This document shows, piece after piece, positions 54,741 to 64,000 of a DNA stretch of 64,000 nucleotides; positions within the stretch are counted from its first letter, which is position 1; each line of letters opens with the position of its first letter. The notes beneath the pieces are model-generated. The model ran no database searches. It saw only the letters and a program-made list of their open reading frames with translations, and was not told the DNA's origin. The position numbers and the translations under genes are program-made. The stretch is from sequence record MH494197.1; one strand, 5' to 3'.

Positions 54741-57393
54741 ATGGCAGATACAAGTAAGAAATATGCCCAACAACAGTTGGGTCGTTTTGACCCTTCGTAT
54801 CCACAACTAGCAACCGTGATGGATAACCGTGACCCAACTAAATCCGGTAAGCTAAAAGTGTGGATTCAAGGTTCACAAAGTGATAAAAATTCAAAAGAGT
54901 CATGGATTGAAGCATCATACATGTCTCCATTCGCTGGTAAAACTCGGGATACCAAGTGCTGATGCTTATGGTCAATATCCAAAGGGATATGGTTTTGGGC
55001 AGTTCCACCTGATGTCGGATGTACTGTTGTTGTTATATTTGCACAAGCAAGAACATTCCAAGCGTATTGGATTGGTTGTGTTTATGACCAACGTATGAAT
55101 ACGATGGTTCCGGATGGCTACTGAAATAAGCAATTATGCAGGTACTGATATGCCATTACCCGTAACTGATTATGACCGTAATACAATTTCTACCAGTACT
55201 CAAGACAAATATGCAAACGTTCCAATTATTGCAGGTCTGAAAAACAAAACTTACTTTATGATGAGGAAGCGGGTGTTGCTAACCGTAGCAGTACTCGCCA
55301 AACTACCAGTACTGTTTATGGTCTTTCCTCACCTCGTGGTAACAGTTTTATTATTGATGATGGTTACACAGAAGAAGAATTAACAGCACCTACATGGGAT
55401 CAAGATCCAGATGGTTATCAGGATACCCAATTCAATAACCCAGTGAACGATACTCGTGTTGGTTCTCGTAAAAATGAAGGCGTTGTAATTAAAACACGTA
55501 GTGGTGCACAGTTGTTGTTATCTGAAGCCTCTGGTGATGTTCTTTTAATTAACCGTGATGGTACTGCACGTATTAAATTCACTGGTGAAGGTGACATTGA
55601 AATGCACTGTGATAAGAATATTAACATTCGTGCAGGACAAGATATTAACATGGTTGCGGGTCGCTCATATAATATTGAAAGTGGAGCAGACTTCAATGCT
55701 CGTGTTGGTGCAAACACTAAACTAGATTTGGTTGGTGCATTGGATGCTAAAGTTGGTGGTCAGGTTGTTATTAACGCTGGAGCAGATTTACGTTTAGTAA
55801 CAGCAGCTTCATTACGTATGCAAAGTGGTAGCAGTACTGATATAACTGCTGGTTCTAATGCGTCAATCTCTGCTGCTACCAGTGCTAATCTTATTGGTTC
55901 TTCATCAGCTATTATTAGTGGTGGTGGTCAAACCCTTACTGTTAACAGTGGTGGTAATAGTGGTACTGCTGAATTTAATGCACCAAACTTCCGCACCCCA
56001 TCTGCTGGCTTGAATGATCATATACATGATATATCGGCTTGGGTTGATGCAGAGAATCACGGCAGTACTGTTGAACCTCCACGTCAAGGTGGTGGTAGTG
56101 GGAATAGTGAATCCCCAGTTCAACCCGAACCTGCTAATGATGTAGCTCCAACTTTAGCTCCAGTACAGGACACTGAAGCAATTCAATATGTAAATTATAC
56201 AACAGAAACAGAACAAGTTCAAACACAAGATTTAATGACTTCTGATCCGGCATGACTGGTTATAGCATTACGTATGAAGGTCTTCATATGTTCATGCCGT
56301 GTAGTGGAACCATTCGCCAATACGGTTATTGGGGAAAGGTGTCCCGACTAGTGGTGGTGGTAAAGCTGATAGAAGTGGCTGGGAAATACAGTGCAAGGGT
56401 GATGTTGTAGCTCCAGATGGCGGTGTAGTTGTTATCACTAATGGTGCTTTATTGGTTCAACATAAGTCTGGATATAAATCTGTATTTTATAATATTCAAT
56501 CAGATTTGCTCAATAAAGACGTTGTTCAAAAGGTCAAGTTATCGGGAAAGCAAATGGTGTTATACAATTTGAAATACGAGTAACTTCTGCCAACGTACTA
56601 GGATTTAGTGGTTCTGTTGACCGGATTATTTTATGCATCACAGACTGGCACAGGTTCTGAAGCGGGAAATAAAACATTAATTGCAGGACAAGCAACGAAC
56701 CAAGCAGCACCGAAAGCTGTTGTTCAACCTTCTGTTGATAGTGATGAATTAGTTGTCACAACTAAAATTAAAACTATCGGTACTGGGTATTCTCAACGTG
56801 GTTCTCGTCATGTCCCTCGTCGTAGAAGAACACAACGTTCAGGTGGTACTCCAGTACCTACGGCACAAGAATCATACAATGTGGGTAATGTTGATAAGAC
56901 TGCAATTGATTGGAAAGTTGTTCCGGGTGATTCACAATTTATTTCTGAATTGAAAGAATATGAAGGAACAATGGCGTATCAACAAGCTAAAGGATATTAC
57001 CGCAATGGTAAATTTTGGAGATATTTGGATAGTCGTGGATTCCCAACTATTGGTTACGGTCACTTGATTGTTAGTGGTGAAAACTTCTCTGGTGGGATTA
57101 CCGAACAGGAAGCCAATGATATGTTGGTGCGTGATAGTAGTAAGGCTATATATGACGCAAAATCCATTTACGCTTCTTATAAGATGAAAACACCTTACAT
57201 GGCACAACAAGTTCTATGTCAAATGGTATTCCAGATGGGTAAAGGTGGTGTAATGAAATTTAAGTCAATGCTATCTGAAATGGCAAAAGGTAACTACAAG
57301 CAAGCTGCTGCTCAAATTCGAAATTCAGCTTGGTATCGTCAAACTACACGCCGTGCTGAATTAATGGCACGTAGATTAGAGGCATGTCAATAA
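54741..57393 (+). CDS. gp5: Baseplate central spike (gp5-like): OB-fold, beta-helix, M23-like domain, C-terminal GH24 lysozyme (merged)
   Basis: DNRDPTKSGKLKVWI, YMSPFAG, IKTRSGAQLLL; LKEYEG, YLDSRGFPTIGYGH, MVFQMG, SAWYRQTTRRA. Confidence 0.88.
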
Positions 57394-57430
57394 ATATTTC
57401 AGTACTATAAATAATAATGAGGAAATCTTT

Positions 57431-57914
57431 ATGAGTAAATGGGAAATCAAAAATACCGACGAACAATTTTTAAAGAAATTAAAGAATTTGAAGGTACTAT
57501 TGCGTATCAGAAAAACTTGGTTATTTTAAAAATGATAAGTTTTGGGTATATAAAGACAGTCTAGGTCTTGATACCATTGGTTACGTCACCTTGTACTTAA
57601 GGGTGAAAGTTTCAAAATGGACTCACTGAAGCAGAAGCTGATGCTCTCCTTATAAAAGATGCTCAGACCGCTTACAATGACGCAAAATCAATCTATGATC
57701 AATTTGGAATGACTGCTCCAGTACAGGTTCAGCGTGTATTGTGGTTTATGGTGTTCCAAATGGGTAAATCAAAAGTTTTAAATTTCAAAAAGCGATGGCT
57801 GCTCTCGGTCGTGGTGATTATAAAACTGCTGGTAAAGAAATGCGTGATAGTTCGTGGTACAAACAAACCACATCCAGAGCGGAGAAGATGGCTCGCATCG
57901 TCGAATCCGTATAA
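57431..57914 (+). CDS. Stand-alone T4-type (GH24) lysozyme (merged)
   Basis: IKEFEG, YKDSLGLDTIGY, MVFQMG, SSWYKQTTSRA; own TATAAATA at 57406-57413. Confidence 0.85.
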
Positions 57915-57929
57915 TAAAGGAAACACATA

Positions 57930-58326
57930 ATGGCAATTGTTTTAAAGGTTTTTCAACTCCAGTGGTTGGAAGAACTGAAACATTGTATGACAGTGAATTG
58001 GTTCGTCAGGATTTAATGAATCATTTCAATACAAAAAAGGTGAACGTGCATTTGATGCTGATTATGGGTTCATTGCGTGGGATTTGCTATTTGAATTGGA
58101 TGGTTATAATACAATCAACCTTTTGGAAGCAGATGCCCGTAGAATTATTAGCTTGGACCCACGTTTAAGCTTAAAGAAACTTCAAATATCAAGAATTGAG
58201 TACGGTTATCAGATGGATATAGTACTTGAATATGTTATTCTCAATACTCTTGAAGAATTAACTATAGTTTTGATGCAAGAAGTAACAACAGAATGGCTAC
58301 CTATTCTGTATCATCTTTTAAATTAT
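57930..58326 (+). CDS. gp25: Baseplate wedge subunit (gp25-like, merged)
   Basis: DSELVRQDLMNHFNT, RAFDADYG, ARRIISLDPRL. Confidence 0.85.
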
Positions 58327-58352
58327 AAAAGCACTCTTCGGGTGCTTTTCTT
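58327..58352 (+). terminator. Intrinsic terminator with C(UUCG)G loop
   Basis: AAAAGCACTC-TTCG-GGTGCTTTTCTTTT. Confidence 0.85.
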
Positions 58353-58421
58353 TTGGATAAATATTTCTATATATAATTCCCAGTACTGAACTAGTACTTT
58401 ACTGATTTAAAGGAATAAATT

Positions 58422-61400
58422 ATGTCACAACAAAAAGGCAATCAAATTTATACGCTGGTGAAGATTGGACTCAAGTATATGAAAGCTTTTATAAGATCAA
58501 TCTAACAGCTTATGACTTTGATACAATCCGTCAAAGTATGATTGACTATCTACGTGCTACGTACCCAGATTCTTTCAACGACTGGATCGAAAACGACCAG
58601 TTCATCTTTATTCTAGATACCATTTCTATGCTAGGACAGAACTTAGCATTCCGTATGGATTTAAACACTCGTGAGAACTTCCTAGATACTGCTACTCGTC
58701 GTGCATCAGTACTGAAACTCGCAAAAATGATTTCTTATTCTCCACGCCGTTCATATCCAAACGCAGTTGCTAAATTAACAGAAATAAAACCAACCAAGAC
58801 GTTCGTAATAGTTTTAACGAATCACTTAAGGATAAAATCATTCGTTGGAATGACCCAATGGACACAAACTGGTATGAGAACTTCATTCTAGTTATGAACA
58901 GTTCATTTGTCAGTACTAACCAGTTTGGTAATCCGGTTAAACGTATCGATATCAATGGTGTTTCTCGTCAGCTATATCGTATGAATACAATTCCAATGTC
59001 AGCACCAAGTCTTCCATTCACAGCTACAGTTAATGGTGAATCGATGACATTTGAAGTTGTCAACCCTGATATTACAGCAGTTGGTGTTGAAGAGCGTCAC
59101 CCTGAACCACAAGAGCAAAAATATATCGTTTATCAGAATGATGGTAACGGATTTAGTTCACCAAATACTGGTTTCTTCGTTTATTTTGTTCAAGGGACAT
59201 TGACATACCAAGATTACCAATATAATATTCGTGAAGAAAACCGTATCCAAGACATCAACGTAGATAATATCAACGAAACTGATGTTTGGGTTCAGGAAAT
59301 CAACGAAGATGGTATTGTACGTACTAAATGGACCAAAGTTCCATCTATGGAAAGTATCGCATACAATACGGTTAACCGTCAACTAAAACAATCTTTGCTG
59401 TCACAACTCGTGATAAAGACCAGATTACTATTAAGTATCCTGATTCTCGTAGTGGTGTTGTTCCTCGTGGACGTATCGTGTATGGTATCGTGTTAGTAAT
59501 GGTGAAACATACAACATTAAAACGTCTGAAATCCAGAACAAAAGTGTAAAATACACCTATAGAACCAAAACACAATCAAGCTATGAATCCAGTACTTTGG
59601 ATATTCGTTTCACATTGCAATATGAATCAGATCGTGCACAAAGTGCAGAAACAATTGAACAAATTAAGGCTCGTGCTCCACAAATGTATTACACTCAAAA
59701 CCGTTTTGTTAACGGCGAAGACTATAACATTGCTCCGTTGAGTTTGGGTAACACAGTTCTTAAATCTAAAGCAATTAACCGTTTATATAGTGGACAGTCA
59801 CGATTCATTGATATTAATGATCCAACTGGTAAGTATCAAAACACTGATGTGTTTAGTGATGATGGTTCAATGTATCAAGAAAACACACAATTTAATAAAT
59901 CTTTACAATTACCAACTACCAAAACAAATGCTAGTATTGTAATTGATAATATTCAGCCATTGATTGGTGAGAATGCTGTAATCCAACGTTATCAAGCATA
60001 TCCACCGAATACAATTGGTATTGAAATTCAACAAAATGGACACCTGAATACAATTCTAATTACGCAACTAATACGTATGGTCGTATTATGGGAGCAACAG
60101 GTAACGTATTCGGAAATTATCAAGTTGGTACGTTGATTAAGTTTTCAAATGCCGGAACCACTGTGTGGGCTAGTATTGTTAGTGTTCTTGATAATGGATA
60201 TTACGTTCTAAGTACTTCAGTTTCATCAAATATGCAAGCACAAGAGTACATTTTACAATACAGAACACGTTTTAATAGTGTCGAAGTGCAAGCAATCGCT
60301 GCAATGCTTGATAAAAAGACAGATTTTGTTATTATTCATGATAAAGAAACAACTTCTTGGATTCCATTAGAAATCAGTACTGATGAAGATACTATTTCTT
60401 ATAATGGAAATGAAGTTCTTGTTATGATTAACATCAAATATACTGCTGAAACATGGGAATTTGATGCGAATGGCGTTGAATATGTGTTCGTTGGTGGTGA
60501 TAAAGTTCGTTTTACTTCGTTTCTTCTAAAAAGATAACTGATATTAGTACTGGTAGTGTTCAAAGTGACAAAATTGAAATTTTATCATCAAATACCACAA
60601 GCAATAGTAATGCTGGGTTAACAAGTAACATTGATTTCCAAATTTATGATACAATTCAACAAGAAAACGGTTATCTTGATGGATCTCGTGTGATTATCAC
60701 CTCTGAAAATGTTGATAGTAATGGCATTCCACTAGAACCTAATCAATTCAGAGAAATTGTACCTAATTGGACTGGTGAAGATGCAGTTAAATATGGTGGT
60801 ATATTGGTTTTCCAAGAAAATGATGACTTCACTATATCAGTACTGTCATTACCGAGCGATACTTTCACTATTCTTGATTCTTCATGGGCTTATACAATGG
60901 ATCAGGCACTTGCAGAAACTAATGCGTATAAGAGAAGTGAATTTGTTCGCAACAATGCTATTCGCTCAACAACATTGAGTGGTATCTATAGTAAAGGTTC
61001 AGGCTTTATGGTTGGCTTTAAATACGATGGTAAATATTACTTCATAGAACAAACTGTTGGTAATAATAATGACCGTTTAAACCAATTAATTGAGAACTTG
61101 ACCTATTCTGATGATACAACTGCTGCAACTCCTGAACTTGCGTTTTATCGTGCTATTGTTAATATCGGTACTAATGCTGATGTTAACCAGAAGTTAGATT
61201 ATTATGGTTATAAAGATGTAACTTCACAATATACCGTAAAACGAATGCAAGAACTGGTATTGACTTCCACTGGAAACATTATGCACCAGATGATAATCGC
61301 ATTGACCCAAGTAGAACAAACTTGATTGACATGTATGTATTAACCAATTCATACAAAACTGAAGTTGATGTATGGTTGAAGAATGGAACACAAGGTAATA

Positions 61401-61872
61401 TGCCTAAACCGCCAACATCTGTTGAATTGAAAGACATTTTTAAAGAAGTTGAACAAAAAATAGTCATCAGTGACAGTATTATTTGGCATAGTGCAGAATA
61501 TCTACCATTATTTGGTGCGAGTGCTGCTGAAGATTATAAAGCAGATTTCAAAGTTGTAAAATTGCCTAACAGTACAATGAGTGATGATGAAATTCGTCAA
61601 AATGTCGTAGCACTAACTAACGAGTATTTTAATGTTGATAACTGGGACTTTGGTGAAAGTTTTATTACACAGACTTGTGTACATACATTCATTCCCAATT
61701 AGGACGACATATTAGTACTATTGTTATCGTAGCTCAAAATCCTAACTCTAAATTTGGTTCACTATTTGAAATACCTTCACGTTCTGACCAGATTTTCTTA
61801 AGTACTGCATCAGTTGATAACGTACAGATAGTCAATTCCTTGGCTAAGAGTAACATTAACATTGGTTCATAA
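58422..61872 (+). CDS. gp6: Baseplate wedge subunit (gp6-like, merged)
   Basis: YDFDTIRQSMIDYL; ENFLDTATRRASVLKLAK; QNRFVNGEDY; VDNWDFGESF. Confidence 0.88.
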
Positions 61873-61878
61873 CACATT

Positions 61879-61904
61879 AAGGCGTTCTTCGGAACGTCTT
61901 TTTA
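61879..61904 (+). terminator. Intrinsic terminator with C(UUCG)G loop
   Basis: AAGGCGTTC-TTCG-GAACGTCTTTTT. Confidence 0.85.
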
Positions 61905-61938
61905 TATCATAAATAAATCAAATGAATGAACGAATTAT

Positions 61939-64000
61939 ATGGAGTCCAAAATGACTAATAATTTTAAGTTTCAACCTACACAGATGGCTGAAGCAGTACA
62001 GAAGAAGCTTTTCATAAAAAGATTGCCTGAGTGGATGCAAGGCTTAGAAGATATTCAGAAAGTCAGTGATGATGTTATCCAACAATGGTTTAATCCGGCT
62101 GAAAACGAATTAGTTGACGGCTACATTGGTGACATGGGTTCTCCGGCAGCAGCAGGGAACATCTTCTTACACGAGTCAACAGTCGCACGTCAACTATATC
62201 AGTTGTCCTCTGCGTATGTCTCAAGAAATGATGACTCCAGCATTCGTTCAATTCAATTTTATGATGATCTAGTTGGTTATATGAATCATTACGGTGCACT
62301 AACCGAAAATGAAAGCCGTTTGTTTAATGGTAAGTTCTATTCATGGACCCACCAATTAACCCAAATAAAATGAACAACTACAGTTCATACCTATGGGATT
62401 CCAAGAATAGCTATAATATCACAACTCCAGATTATATTGTAATGGAACGTGGTGCAGAAAATGGTAACACTTGGTCACTACAAAACTTCTGGTACACATT
62501 AGGTGAAACTTTAGAAGATGGTACAATCCTAACTGAAGAACTAATGCAAGATTCCGTTTTGTTCGTGCTCGTGCTCCAATTATCGAATACAATAAAAATA
62601 TCGAACTAATGAACTACGGTACTAAATTCCGTGGACAGTTGATTTGTTCTCTGATATTATTAAACCTGAAGATATCGTACAAAAAGATATTAACAGCGGT
62701 ATACGTATTGATGGTATTATTCCACAAGATGGTATGCGTATTCTTTTCACCAGTATTGGTAACAATGGTGAAAACAACCGAATTTATAAAGTATATGTTA
62801 AACGTATGCAAGATGGAACACGTGTGTATGGTCTAGCATTAGACCCAGACGAAGAATCTGAAAGCCGTCCGAGTGGTGAACCACAAGATGGTGACGTAGT
62901 TCTTATTATCAAAGGTAATGAATTTGGTAACAGTTCCATGTATTGGGACGGTTCTCATTGATTCAAGCACAGTCTAAAACTTCTGTGAACGTATTTCCAC
63001 AATTCCAATTGTATGACCGTAATGGTGTTAAACTAAACAACACTACTACCTATCCATCAAGTACTTTTACTGGTTCTTCATTATTTGGTTTTAAAATTAA
63101 CTATAATTATGCAACCGATAGCGTTTATGGTTATAACATTGAACTGGGTGATTACAATTATTACACCTATGAGAATTTCCTACAATCAACTCGTTATACT
63201 TACGAGCATTTGGGTGTGGAAGTTGAAATTGATGGACTATATTACTATAACGTAATTGGTGAAGGTAATACAATGAACCTAGAAACTGATTGGGTTCGTA
63301 GTACTGAATACTCCAAACAATATGTTAAACAAACTCCACAGGTTGAACGTACAGTAATGTTCCGCGTGTTCAGTACTGTTTATGACATGGAAAGTTTCAA
63401 AGAACCAGTTGAAGGAATGTATGCTTATGTAATTGAAGTTGACCGAACTTATCAATATTACAAAGCAGAACGTGAAACATATCTTGATTGGCATGTTATC
63501 GTTGGTGATGGAGTACAAAGCGTTAAGTACAATCATACATTTGAATTGGCACAAAAGTACTAGATAATTCTGATGATATTATCGAACTAGTTGTTGATGG
63601 TGTGGAAATAAAAGAATACACCAAAACTGTAGTTAATAATCAAGTACAAAGTATTACAATTGATAGCTCTGTTGATTTGGATGAAGATTCTGTTGTACAA
63701 ATCAGAACTTATAGTAGCACTATCACTCCTAATAAAGAGTTGGGTGCATATGAAGTTCCAATTAACCTACAAAATAACCCATATAATTCAAACATTGAAT
63801 ACATCAACCAAGGTGATTACACCTGCACTTCCAAGATATTATTCAAAAGAATATTACATCTGGTTCTGCTGATGACTTTAACAATTACGAAGAACGTTTG
63901 GCTGCTGGTTTGGTTAATAATGGTGTAGGTACTAAAATTATTCAAAACGAAGCGTCTATGCTACCACTAATGGCACATACCGCTAATGAAGATATTGATT
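61939..64000 (+). CDS. Large baseplate wedge protein (gp7-like), runs off window
   Basis: RQLYQLS, YSWTPPINPNKMNNYSSYLW, FPQFQLYD, YEVPINLQNNPYN; follows gp6; ATAAATA near 61909. Confidence 0.7.

Overview
64 kb from the core of a T4-like jumbo myophage (~34% GC by eye). Gene content and order resemble my recollection of the RaK2/GAP32/121Q enterobacterial group; this is inference, not a search result. Bases 1-44.8 kb are mostly minus strand: nrdB/nrdA, PD-(D/E)XK exonuclease, helicase, primase, a miniature DnaE-like protein, clamp-loader subunit, UvsW, DEDDh exonuclease, UvsY, RecA/UvsX, gp32 SSB, TerL plus a degenerate TerL-ATPase paralogue, RNase H, GroES, clamp, PolB, tail fibre, head module (gp23, gp22, gp21, gp20) and a tape-measure-like protein. 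Then come endonuclease VII, gp46/gp47/gp55 and a plus-strand baseplate operon. Nearly every long gene is broken by small indels, many at CCWGG collapsed to CCGG or at homopolymers. I read these as long-read consensus errors and merged the ORF fragments, so many gene boundaries are approximate. Best leads: (1) an orphan, promoter-driven, highly structured ~520-nt non-coding region at 46.16-46.68 kb; (2) about 120 copies of the palindrome AGTACT (about 22 expected), some abutting late promoters; (3) a promoter class GRGACA-N16-TATAAT (usually TGn-extended) ahead of replication genes; (4) a ~210-aa DnaE palm keeping its catalytic aspartates; (5) an apparently dead terminase-ATPase paralogue next to TerL. 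No tRNA, rRNA, CRISPR array, intron or intein was seen.
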